This document shows positions 1 through 12,184 of a DNA stretch of 64,000 nt, in pieces (position 1 is the stretch's first letter; the number at the start of each line of letters is the position of its first letter). A program made the position numbers and the translations under genes. A model generated the notes under the pieces. The model was not told the origin of the DNA. It saw only the letters and a program-made list of their open reading frames with translations, and did not search any database. Location: contig NC_042999.1 of the NCBI RefSeq assembly GCF_006345805.1, forward strand, positions 77,066,001-77,130,000. The letters are read 5' to 3'. The stretch is from Octopus sinensis. Lineage: Eukaryota.

Positions 1-360
<360 letters not shown>

Positions 361-1162
361 GCTTTCTACAAATATATAGTTTTTTGTTTTCTTATATTGT
401 TTTTTTTTGTATAATTTTAATGTTATCTTCACTATTTTGTGAATATCTCTTCACACATACACACATACACACACACGTTATATCTATCCGTCCATCTGAC
501 CCCAACCAGATTGTATTGTCCCTTAATTATGTTGTCCCCTTGTGGGAAATTAAAAAATCACACATATATATCACACACGCACATACACATACGCATATAC
601 ACAGAGACGCACACACTCACACGCACACACACACGCACACACGCGCACATACACACACGCACACACGCACACACACACGCATATATCACATACGCACACA
701 CATACACACACACATATATATCACACACGCACACACACACAGACGCACACACTCACACGCACATACACACACACATAACGCGCGCACACACACACACACA
801 CACACATACACACACGCAGATATATGAAAGCGCATGGCCTAATGGCTAGGGCGTTGCACGCAAGATCGTGGTTTCAATTACCAAACCAGCTGTGAGTTGT
901 GTTCATGAGTAACATCACCACCACCACCACTACCGCCGCCGCCGCCGCAGTCATGACCCCATACGAATAACAAGAACAACAACAAGGCTTCGATGAAGGG
1001 AAAATGAGCAGTATAGCTGCAATTTGGTTGATTTCCCCCCTTGTTTATCAAGTAGCTTGGCTACTTCTGTCACCGCCATGAACATCGCCAAAAGTAATGG
1101 CTTCACCTTTGGCTTCGACAAATACGAACAACGACAGAAACAGCAGCAGCGGCAGTAGCAGC

Positions 1163-1202
<40 letters not shown>

Positions 1203-1239
1203 TGCGCAAACATGTGCAGTCCCGAACAGGTCTATTCGC

Positions 1240-2350
1240 AACAACACCCACCTTATGCGATACATCATAGAGAGAAACGGTTTCGATAGGGCTCTGATCA
1301 ATTTGGATCAAACCAAAGCAATCTTTAGGTTCAACCATCGCTACTTGGAAACCGTCCCGAAAGTGGTTGGTTTCGGCTCCGTTTTCCGCGGTTGGACCGC
1401 TGCAATGCACAGTGGCACCTACTCGGTGGTCAGAGTAAACAGCCATCTGTCAGAATCGTTTCGTATCGCATGCTCGGTCCTTCAGTGCAGCCTACTGTCG
1501 CCTCTTCTATACGTAGTGGTTCTCAAACCACTGCTGCGGAAATTAGAACAGTTGAAGGGTATCCCTTTCGAACTGGGACACGAGGGGGCAGTGTCAGACA
1601 ATGCCACCGGCATGGCATCGGACGCCTCTAAAGGAATATGAGTCGGTTGCAAGAGCTAATGCCAACACTGACAAGTCGGTGGGCTTGCGGCTGGGCACTT
1701 GGAGGGGCAGGTTGATGCCATCAGACGGCGTCGTCGGACACTGGACTGACGGCCCAGTGAAACTGCTCGGGGTTTGGTTTCGTTCCGACTTCCAGGTAGA
1801 TAAGAACTGGGACGAGGTGACGAACAGACTAACCACTCTTACCCAGAAATAGGATAAAAGGAAGCTATTCCTGAAAGGTGGGACATAGGTAGCAAATACC
1901 TATATTGCATCCGTCATCAACTATCGCCTGACCGTCGTGCTCTGCCTTGGTTACTCTTTCATCAGGTTGGAGCATCTCTTATTTAATTTCTTGTGGAAGG
2001 ATCTACTACAATGGTCAGACGGTCAGTCTGCTGCCAGCACCCTCTGAGTAGCGGCTTAAGCATGCCGTGACTTCTGATGCGCAGACACGCGCTCAGGTTG
2101 TGCTACCTGCAATAATTTCTGGACGGTGAGTATGTTTGGGCTATGTTTGAGAGAACGTCTTTCTGCAGCTCGTCTCCTTGATGGAGCTGCAGTCCTAGGA
2201 GAAGAAAAGACCGGTACTGGGTGCCTGGTACCTAGAATGTCGTCAGGTGTTCACAGCCCTCTTCCTGTCAGGCAATGGGATCGGTGAACATTCCGCTTTC
2301 ATAATCTGTAGAGGATTAGTTGCGGGAAATTGTGTCGATGTTCTAGGGTT
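1240..2350 (+). mobile_element. Degraded Tx1-like non-LTR retrotransposon RT fragment
   Basis: Peptides LDQTKAIFR, SLLSPLLYVVVLKPLLRKL and DKSVGLRLGTWRG..VVGHWTDGPVKLLGVWF are closely similar to the element at 12185-14224; multiple stops and frameshifts. Confidence 0.8.
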
Positions 2351-2524
2351 CGCTATTTAGACATTTATATACCTATATATATGTGTATGTCATTATTCAG
2401 TTTTATTTCAAGATTTCTTGCTAATAGAGAAAAAGACCTGTTTCTAACCTAGATCCAAGGCTCCTTCATTGGAATTTCAACATCAACAACAGGCTATTTT
2501 TGTATGTATGTAAGTATGTTATGT

Positions 2525-3095
2525 CAGGTCACTTTCGAGTGCTACTGGTAGCATGTAACCTAGTACAACCTGTTACATGGTCGGGTCGTTGGCGACTAAA
2601 CCGGCAACCCCACCAAGCTTGCTTGGTGAGGAGGGTTTTTATTGGACACCCTGCGGGATGAAAAACAAAACCCGTCAAAGGGCGGAGGAACTCTTGAGAG
2701 TCAACGGCCATCCAATAAATGTCTTAAGGCTGTATCATGCGCGGGGACATAGAAATAATCGGACTGAATATTCGATCGCGCGGTTAAACCATTGGGAGTG
2801 AAGGACTCCTAGCCTTTGTTAGGGCATCCTTTTAGGAGAAGGTAACTCAGGTAACTGGGATAACTCCGACATAAAACCTGCGGCTCAGTGGTTACCGATG
2901 ATGTTAACTTGTTCTTTTCGGATTATGGCTGCTGTTGCTTAGTGAGTGGGATTGACTCAGTGCACAGCCTTTCCCCACTTTAAAAAAATCTTGCACAGGC
3001 ATTGCACGATAACAACATTGATTAAGCTTTGCGCAATGGCCATACTCGATAACGAGGGAGCAGCCACCATGTATGTATGTATGTATGTATGTATG
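2525..3095 (+). mobile_element. Non-autonomous RTE-like retroelement/SINE ending in (ATGT)n
   Basis: GC-rich structured 5' part with hairpin caccaagcttgcttggtg, no ORF, tetranucleotide tail; flanked by ~115-bp imperfect direct repeats (2385-2500, 3095-3200). Confidence 0.45.
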
Positions 3096-3274
3096 TATGT
3101 CATTATTCAGTTTTATTTCAAGATTGCTTGGCAATAGAGAAAGAGCCAGTTTCTAACCTAGATCCAAGGCTCCTTCACTAGAATTTTAACATCAATAACA
3201 TATGTATGTATGTATATGTATGTATGTGTGTGTGCATATATATACATATATATATATATGTGTGTGTGTATATG

Positions 3275-3306
<32 letters not shown>

Positions 3307-3320
3307 ATATAATATATATA

Positions 3321-3386
<66 letters not shown>

Positions 3387-4607
3387 AGGGAGAGAGCTAA
3401 CGAACTACTCTGATACAAAGTAATCCATTTCGACTTATAGCAATCATTTATTTATTAGCCAGCCAATTGAGAGTTAAATATTTTGATTATGAACACAAGA
3501 CACCAAATCTTATGATACGTCCATCGCTCCTTCCGCTGCCAGCTGAGCATCTTCGATAACTAAAGCTCACTTCTATTTTGCATATATTTTTACAAACATT
3601 TTCCTTGGTACTGAAGCGAGTCAGGAAAGATCTATTTTGTCGTCGTGGCATAGTTCAGTTGTGCGGTGGCAGACTCCGGCCAATCAGGGTTGGAGGCGTA
3701 TGAATTCAAACGGCAGTGATCTGCATTAGCAGTGAAGCTGCAGTTCAAGTCAATTCAAGATGAATAGACAGCCTTCAAGTAACATCTCTTTCTTTGACAT
3801 GCCAACTCATTTGAATGATAACAGCTACAACTTTGCCTCAAAATGAGTGGTACTTCTTGTTTTTATTAGCTTACAACGGCTTCCACATAATCCATTTGTG
3901 TAAAAAGTAAGTTATGAGATTTTCCGTCTCGCATACACATGCAGATTAGTCGTTGTTACTACTTGCCAGCACTCGCTTTATTTAAATAAAGTCTACAATG
4001 TTTCGTTGTAAATGAACTGCCTTCTGATATTCTTTATACACGCTTATCAAAAGCACACTGAAATGAACTCTCTCGTGACTGCTTTTCATACATTAAATCA
4101 CAGAACACTCACGCTAAATTAGTGACCACACAACATTGATTAAACTATTATATTTTCAGGCATATAAGTCGACGTAGCATATAGCGTAAACATGTTGTGT
4201 AAACGTTCAACATCGTTACCATCTATCCAATTCTTGCTGCATTTAACATGGAATTTTTAGTCTTCCCTCCCTTCTGTGGTTGTAAATTTTAGTTTGAAAG
4301 ATTCAATTTGTACACCGGGAAATACGGTACATTTTTTAAAATTCTATTTTAGATTTTTGCATTCAATAAATTAATCTGCACTGAATTATTCGCATAAACA
4401 CTATATATATCACAAAAAAGATGGTCCCTATATCTCAACAGGAGTATGTAATCCTGAGAATTCTACTGGCATGTTTTCACATCACTAAATGTTCAGAAAT
4501 TTTGTTTCGTAAACCTTGTTTTAAAATACGTTTTTAATTCCATGAGAATCATTGTCATACTGTATTTTACCTCTTACAGATATCCTTTGCACCAAAACAG
4601 ATCGACG

Positions 4608-5687
4608 ATGAATAAATCAGATTCTGAACGTTTGACTGCTTTTAACCAACAGGAAGTCGAAAAGCACCTAGCTATTATTACTCTTTTATCCATTTTTATG
4701 ATAATGGGTATTATTGGTAATAGTTTAATAGTCTACATTCATATTTGCAAATTAAATCGAACAGCATCCACTTTGCTTATTATTTTCTTTGGCTGGAGTC
4801 AAATTTTTACCAGCGCGATATGTATACCAATGGATATTGTTTTCCTTCTTTATTCATATATTTTCACAAATAGCTTTCTTTGTCGTATTATGCAGTCTAC
4901 CATTTTTATGTCAGCTTTTGTATCAGGATTGATAATATTCACAATTGCTATAGATCGGTTTAAAAGAGTATGCCGGCCGTTTGCAACACAATTTAATCGT
5001 AAGGATGTCAAGAAGCTCATCTGGTTAAACATTGTAATAACGACTATACCGATGACTGTCAACTTTTATGTTTGTGGAATTAAAAAAATTCCCTTGTATA
5101 ATAACTTAATCGGTCACATGTGCTCAATGTCAGATAAAGCAAATCCACGTGTGGTATACAGTTTCTTCATTTTTATGCTAGTACTATGCGTGGTGTTAGT
5201 GCTGACGTTCATCATAATTTATTCTACAATATTTATGAAGCTGAGGGAATACAGTAAACGTAAGAGATTGTTGGCCTCCCTTCAACCGTCAATTTCAAAA
5301 GTTAGTGAAATAACCTCGTCGAGAGAGGAACATTTAGAACCAACGATAAGTAAAGATTCATTATTCCAACCCATGCAACGCAGAAGATATTATATTGCCA
5401 CAACCCGAATCACATTCAATATGTTTTGTATAACTCTTTCATGGTGTCTTACCTACATTCCTTATTTCACAGTAACTTTCTTAACTACAAAAATAAATGT
5501 CAGAAGAGTCGGTTGGAAACCTACTGAGGACATATTTTATGAAATAGCTGATCATTCTTACTATATAAACGCTGTCATCATTCCAATAATTTACGTAATC
5601 TTCAACCCACCTTTCAGGAGAGAAGTTATTACCCTCTTCAAACGATATATTTTGTGCACCATAAGTAATAAACCAGACGAAAATTAG
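4608..5687 (+). CDS. Intronless class A (rhodopsin-like) GPCR, peptide-receptor-like (CCK/orexin-receptor-like), ~359 aa
   Basis: Seven hydrophobic segments; TM1 GN (GIIGNSLIV), Cys at top of TM3 (FLCRI), AIDRF, ECL2 Cys, TM6 TYIPYF, TM7 IPIIY, helix 8 FRREV. The ORF opens at 4542, but a splice acceptor (ttttacctcttacag, ends 4579) precedes ATG 4608, which is followed by an N-K-S sequon. Confidence 0.9.
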   Translation: MNKSDSERLTAFNQQEVEKHLAIITLLSIFMIMGIIGNSLIVYIHICKLNRTASTLLIIFFGWSQIFTSAICIPMDIVFLLYSYIFTNSFLCRIMQSTIFMSAFVSGLIIFTIAIDRFKRVCRPFATQFNRKDVKKLIWLNIVITTIPMTVNFYVCGIKKIPLYNNLIGHMCSMSDKANPRVVYSFFIFMLVLCVVLVLTFIIIYSTIFMKLREYSKRKRLLASLQPSISKVSEITSSREEHLEPTISKDSLFQPMQRRRYYIATTRITFNMFCITLSWCLTYIPYFTVTFLTTKINVRRVGWKPTEDIFYEIADHSYYINAVIIPIIYVIFNPPFRREVITLFKRYILCTISNKPDEN

Positions 5688-6272
5688 TGTATGCATTGTT
5701 GTTGTTTTGTAACCCCAGGTCAGTATAGACCGAGTGAAACCTATAGAAATTAATCGAAGAACTCAATGGGATCCACGGGTCAGTTGTCTAGTAGAAGATA
5801 TTGTCTGTTCATTCATAAAATGCTTTATCCTTTAGGGTGCTATCAAATTACCCGGGGTGTAGCGTTCACCTTTTATCTGTTTTCTTTTACTTGTTTCAGT
5901 CATTTAGGCGAATGAATTGAGCCTAGTATTTTTTCCGTAAGCCTGGCACTTATTCCGAACCGCTAGATATGGGGACACACCAACACCAGTTATCAAGCGG
6001 CAGTGGAGGATAAGCACAGACGCAAACACACACACATACACACACATATTTGTATATATATATATATATATATATATTGGCCTGCTCGCTTAGCCAGCGG
6101 GGTAGCATCATTTGAAGCGCATTGTGACCAGCGATGTGTAGCAACATCTGATAGCCTGATCGATCACGGTGATCACAGTGATATATATATATACATACAT
6201 ATACATAGAAATATCATTATTTCTAAATTTCTAATTCTCTCTAAAGGAGACTACGGCAGCGGTACTGAATAT

Positions 6273-6600
6273 TAATAGTTACCGCTAAGTGGTAGTCCAG
6301 AAAAACAGGACGAATGATGAGGTTGATTAGCTCCAAGAGGCCATCACCTCTAGCTAGCTGTGTGACACACAAACTGAGTCCATTATAACCTTATAGCAGG
6401 GGAGGTTAGCAGGTTCCCCTTGCTGGTCTGGCAACCACAGACTAGTTTCGAGGTGGTTGCCTCTTATCAATGTGGAGTAGCCGAACCCAACAGGCGTCGC
6501 TGCAGACCGACAAACTAGAGGCGATGGCCTCTTCGAGCTAATCAACGGCAGCATTCGTTTATTTTTCTGAACTGCCATGTTAGCTTAGCGATAACTATTA
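6273..6600 (-). mobile_element. Fold-back Penelope-pLTR/retrozyme-like repeat, diverged relative of the 355-bp unit at 11371-14875
   Basis: Imperfect inverted arms ~6273-6353 / ~6516-6600 (gttgattagctccaagaggccatcacctctag vs ctagaggcgatggcctcttcgagctaatcaac); colinear similarity to 11371-11610. Confidence 0.7.
6435..6475 (-). ncRNA. Minimal type-I hammerhead ribozyme motif (U3-A8 core variant)
   Basis: Minus strand: ccaca TTGATAA gagg caacca cctc GAAA ctag TC tgtgg. Confidence 0.7.
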
Positions 6601-6819
6601 ACATATATATATATTATGCACGTACGCTGCGAAATATATAATAAACCTTTACGTAAATAAATAACGTGATATACACGAAGGGACGAACAAAAAGACAAAC
6701 GGGTTATTCAAAGCCTTCATTCTTCAGTCAGAAACTGATCCCTCATCGCAGATTTCGGCTGTTTAATTCTGAGATCCGCTCTGAATCAGCCAGCCACTAT
6801 CCAACATTGGTGTCTCTGG

Positions 6820-8013
6820 AAAGTTACTGAAATGGATCAAGTGTTTCCTGACAGACAGATCTCAACATGTTGTAGTTGAAGGGATAAAATCAAGCCCAGC
6901 CAAAGTCAGTAGTGGCGTTCCGCAAGGCACTGTGCTGGGCCCACTTCTTTTCATCATCTACATTAATGACATTAATGACATCATCAAGCACAGCAACATA
7001 AAAATCTTTGCAGATGATTCCAAGCTCCAGAAGGTCATAAATGAGGCGAGTGACCGGACATGCCTTCAGTCAGATCTACTGGCTGTTATCCAATGGGCAG
7101 AAAAAAACAATATGCTGCTGAACGAGGATAAATTTGAGTTAATCCACTTTGGAAAAGAGGATGCCCTGAAACTCCCATACTCCCTTCCTTCAGGTGAAAC
7201 TCTCGTGGCATCCAACAACATCAGAGACTTGGGAGTAATTGTGGACAACATAAGCTGGGCCACTCATATAAAAACCAAAGTTGACATGGCCCGCAGAATG
7301 TGTTCCTGGATTCTCAGAACTTTCCAGTCGAGAGATATCCACACCATTATCTTTCTCTTCTCCACTTTTGCCCGACACCACCTTGAATACTGTTGTCCAC
7401 TGTGGTCTCCCCACACAAAACAAAGTATCATAAAAGTTGAAGCACCTCAAAGGGCAATCACAAAAAAGATAGATGGCATGACAGGCCTCGACTATTGGGG
7501 TCGACTAGAAAAGCTAAAACTTTATTCTCTCCAACGTCGCCGTGAGCGCTGCATCATCTGCATGATGTGGAAAATATTCCATCAGCATTGCCCAAATGAT
7601 GTTGGCATCACCTTTAAGGTACATCCAAGGCTTGGGCCCCGTGCCATCCGCCCAAAACAAAAATCGCACTCTCATCTCATAACAACAATACGACACAATT
7701 ATTTCACCTCAATTGGCCCCGCTCTCTTTAACATTACACCAAAACACATTAAAACAGAAACAGACCCAATAGGGTTCAAGAAGTCTTTGGACAGATTCCT
7801 TCAAGAAATCCCGGATAAATCCCCTACACCCGGATATGTCTCTGTAAACAATAACTCTCTACTTGAGTGGGCCATAGTGCCCAAATTCTGACTTGAAAGA
7901 CTTCACCAGGTGGTGCTATTAAGTTAGACATGGCCTGGGCCAATAATGGCCAAAACCTTTCTAAGTTATTCTAAGTTATACTGGCCAAAACCTTTCTAAG
8001 TTATTCTAAGTTA
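6820..8013 (+). mobile_element. 5'-truncated CR1/L2-group LINE (RT C-terminal half, ORF 6932-7891)
   Basis: GVPQGTVLGPLLFIIYIND, FADDSKL, RDLGVIVD, HLEYCCPLWSP, LYSLQRRRER; 3' tail tggccaaaacctttctaagttattctaagttata tandemly duplicated at 7948-8014. Confidence 0.9.
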
Positions 8014-8021
8014 TATATATA

Positions 8022-8420
8022 CTAGCAGTATCGCCCGGCGTTGCTCGGGTTTGTAAGGGAAATAACTATATAAGCATTTTTAGAGAGTTATAGCCAAAAA
8101 ATAGCAAAAAAATGCATTAAAAATGGAAAAGAAATTAAAGTAAATTTTTTTTTAAATCGTTGACACATCGTAGATATTTTTAGAGAGTTACTTCCCTTAT
8201 ATAATAGCGAAAAAAAATGCATTAAAATGGAAAAATATGATGGTAAATTTTTTTTAAATCGTAGACTAATCGTAGATGCACGCTAATACCCAGAAGGGCT
8301 CGATATGAATCACGACTATAAGATACCCGGTTTTGGTTACACTGCACCGCAAAATGTGGGAATAGTTAGGAATCTAAATCGTAGGAGACAGACACACAAC
8401 TTCACTTTTATATATAAAGA
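8022..8420 (-). mobile_element. Non-autonomous Helitron-like element
   Basis: Minus strand starts TCtttatatataaaa..gtgtgtctgtc and ends cccgagcaacgccggg hairpin + actgCTAG; inserted between A and T. Confidence 0.7.
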
Positions 8421-9605
8421 TATAAGCCACGTAGTTATATACACATACTTTGTTATATACACATTCTTAAAAGAAAATGTTATTTTGAACACAACATTTA
8501 TAAAGAATAAAATATTTTTTGGTTTTTCTTTTAAACGGATGCATACATTTATTAATAACTATATATAAGTGTCGTCTGTTTATACATAAACACTGTTTCA
8601 TACTGCAAGCTCGGCTCGCCAATTAATACTACCAAAATTTAACGACAGAAAGTAAAATAAAAACCAATTTACCTTTTCTGTATTGTTATAGCAATTCGAC
8701 CGTCCGTGTGTCTTTGCAAATGTGTTGGAATGAGAAGTGAGTTGTGTTTTGGCGCCTTTTTTACTAATAACAAACACACACGTGTTTGTATGTAGTTGTT
8801 TGAAACGTTTGTGTTTGTCACTGTCATATATGTATGTGTATGCGTGTGTGTGAGGAATGACACACACACACTCACGCACGCACACATGTACATCAATGCT
8901 TTCGGAGTGAAATGTTAAAATATTGAGTTTTCTCGAATTTTGTCTTAATTGGGGGTAAAATTGAAAGAAATTTTGTATGGCATGACCCAATGGAAGTACT
9001 TTGAAAAATCATGGGTAAACTCTAATTGAAGAAATTGTGTGAGGAGTAAATCGTTATGTATTTATTTGTTTCTGTTTGCTGTGTTTTTTTTTTTTTTTAG
9101 TAGTGGTTTAAGGTACACTTCTCTCGTTTTATCGAAATAGTTTCACTTTAATCGTTGCAAACTTGCAAAGAGAAAGTCGTAGAAATTAGAGTGATAGCGT
9201 GAGTGAATCAGATCGCTCCCTTTTTGTGTGTGTGTGTGTGCGTGTGCTATAGCCCACACTAAGAAAAGCACTTGACTCACACACCACAATGTGAGTTTTC
9301 TCTAAATTTTGCTTAATTGGGGTTGAAATTTTAAAAACTGGACCTGGCAGGACCCGATGCATTCTACTCTTAAAAATGCTAGGTAAATTGTAATTGAAGA
9401 AATCCTATATTGTAGATTTCTATAAGAGACAAAGGGAGGCAGATAAAATCTGCCTTTTATAATAAGAGATTTATATATATACATATATATATGTATATAT
9501 TCATTTACATATATATATATATATAATAAAATATTAGGGAATAAATCCAAACTTACAGGGAAAAATCAGATTTAGGACTGAATCCAATTTTATAGTAAAA
9601 TATTA

Positions 9606-9890
9606 TATTATATTAAATTAGTGATAAAACCACTATTAGGCAAATCATACAATGAAAAACTTAAGCCAATACATAAGATTAATTAATTTATCACCTGAAG
9701 ATTGACTGTAACTCGAATTTTTACGAATTGGACAGCTATGAAACGATCGTAGTGTTATACTCATTATCTTTTTTTAATAATTATGATATATATTTAAAAT
9801 AATATAAATTGATTAATCTTATGTATTGGCTTAAGTTTTTCATTGTATGATTTGCCTAATAGTGGTTTTATCTCTAATTTAATATAATAT
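9606..9890 (+). mobile_element. Fold-back repeat (arms ~9606-9691 / ~9804-9890) enclosing a hammerhead-like motif; Penelope-like pLTR remnant
   Basis: Near-perfect ~85-bp inverted arms; between them cac CTGAAGA ...ctgt/acag... GAAA cgatcg TA gtg at 9692-9754. Confidence 0.6.
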
Positions 9891-9891
9891 A

Positions 9892-9948
<57 letters not shown>

Positions 9949-10008
9949 ATGTGTGTATATATATATATATATATGTATAATATATATATATTACATATAT
10001 AATATATT

Positions 10009-10066
<58 letters not shown>

Positions 10067-10142
10067 CATATATATATATATATTTACATATATATATATA
10101 TATATTATATATATTATATATATATATATATATATATTACAT

Positions 10143-10211
<69 letters not shown>

Positions 10212-10293
10212 CATATATATATATTTACATATATATATATATATTATATTTATATTATATATATATTACATATATATATATATATATATATAT

Positions 10294-10343
<50 letters not shown>

Positions 10344-10406
10344 CATATATATATATAATATATTATATATATATATATATATTTACATATATATATTATA
10401 TATATT

Positions 10407-10440
<34 letters not shown>

Positions 10441-10441
10441 C

Positions 10442-10499
<58 letters not shown>

Positions 10500-10640
10500 C
10501 ATATATATATATATTAACATATATATATATATATTATATATATATTTAAATATATAATATATATATTTACATATATATATATTTACATATATTTACATAT
10601 ATATATATATATTATATATATATATATATTTATTTATATA
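9880..10640. repeat. Long imperfect (TA)n microsatellite; similar tracts at 11100-11370, 16020-16335, 17510-18133, 36790-37010, 37490-37690
   Basis: Direct inspection. Confidence 0.95.
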
Positions 10641-10649
10641 TATTTTTTT

Positions 10650-11098
10650 TCCTAGTTTCAGCTCAGAGCTGCGGCCATACTGATGCACCGCCGTCTTGTG
10701 CTACACTGTTATTACGACGAACCTCGTCTAATATGTGGCACTTGGTGAAGAATGGAGTTTGATATAGCTACTCTCATTTGCACCTCCTGCCGTGAGGTAG
10801 GTTCATCTGGGACTCTTGACAGGAAGATGTCCAGCTTTGATTTAAAAACCGCTACATCCACTTTGTGCAAGTTCCTCAGACTCTTTGAGAGAATATTAAA
10901 AAGCTGTGGGCCCTTGAAACCCAGGCTGTTGCAGAAGCTGGTCCTGAAGCGTGATGGCATTGCTAGGATCTTTGGTACTATGCAGTGTCGTCCCTTCTAG
11001 CATTGGTGTAGCTTACAATGCCAACATTTGGCACAATTCCTTCCAGGATCTTCCAGACATATATTACTGCATACCTCTCCCGTCTTCTCTCCAGCCTT
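10650..11098 (-). mobile_element. 3' fragment of CR1-group LINE
   Basis: SLERRRERY, GFKGPQLFNIL, FKSKLDIFLSRVPDEP and the 3' tail gctctgagctgaaactag; same family as 14925-15680. Confidence 0.85.
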
Positions 11099-11370
11099 AC
11101 ATATATATATATATATAATATATATATATATAATATATATTATTTTTATTTATTATTTATATTTATTTAATTATATATATATATATATTTATTTAATTAT
11201 ATATATATATATATATAATATATATATATATTTAATTATATATATATATTTATTTAATTAATTATATATAATATATATATATTTATTTAATTAATATATA
11301 TATATATATAATTAATTTATTTATTTAATTATATATATATATATTTATTTATTTATTATATATATATATA

Positions 11371-12184
11371 ATAGTTATCGCCATACTAATATGGCATTCT
11401 TATAAAAATAAGAATAAAGCTGTCCGCTTATTAGCTCCATGAGGCCATCGCCTTAAGTTAGCTATTTGATACACAAACTGTATCCATATAACCTTTGAAC
11501 AAGGGAGGTCAGTCGCTCCACACTACTTGGCCGGCAGCTACAGACGCGTTTCGGGGTATTGCCCCTTTTCAATGCAGCGTAGCCATACCAGTAGGTGTCG
11601 CTTCTGACGATCTCTGTTCAAAGGTTTTATTTACCTAGCTTCGGTGGAATACATCCACTTGTTTTCAATAATAGAAATATTAAAATTACTAAAAAGGGGC
11701 AATACCCCGAAACGCGTCTGTAGCTGCCGGCCAAGTAGTGTGGAGCGACTGACCTCCCTTGTTCAAAGGTTATATGGATACAGTTTGTGTATCAAATAGC
11801 TAACTTAAGGCGATGGCCTCATGGAGCTAATAAGCGGACAGCTTTATTCTTATTTTTATAAGAATGCCATACCCCGAAACGCGTCTGTAGCTGCCGGCCA
11901 AGTAGTAGTGTTCAAAGGTTATATGGATACAGTTTGTGTATCAAATAGCTAACTTAAGGCGATGGCCTCATGGAGCTAATAAGCGGACAGCTTTATTCTT
12001 ATTTTTATAAGAATGCCATATTAGTATGGCGATAACTATTATTTTCCGGGAACGCTGCCGTTGTTCTCTTTTAGAGAGACTTAGTAATTTTAATATTTCT
12101 ATTATTGAAAACAAGTGGATGTATTCCACCGAAGCTAGGTAAATAAAACCTTTGAACAGAGATCGTCAGAAGCGACACCTACTG
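11371..12184. repeat. Inverted plus direct copies of a ~355-bp hammerhead-containing unit (Penelope pLTR/retrozyme-like)
   Basis: 11371-11690 is an inverted copy (hammerhead motif on the minus strand at 11537-11578), followed by forward partial copies from 11691 and 11870 running to 12184. Confidence 0.85.

Noticed and set aside
4542-4607. Upstream ATG extension of the GPCR ORF
   Set aside because: It overlaps a polypyrimidine/cag splice acceptor; likely intron plus 5'UTR
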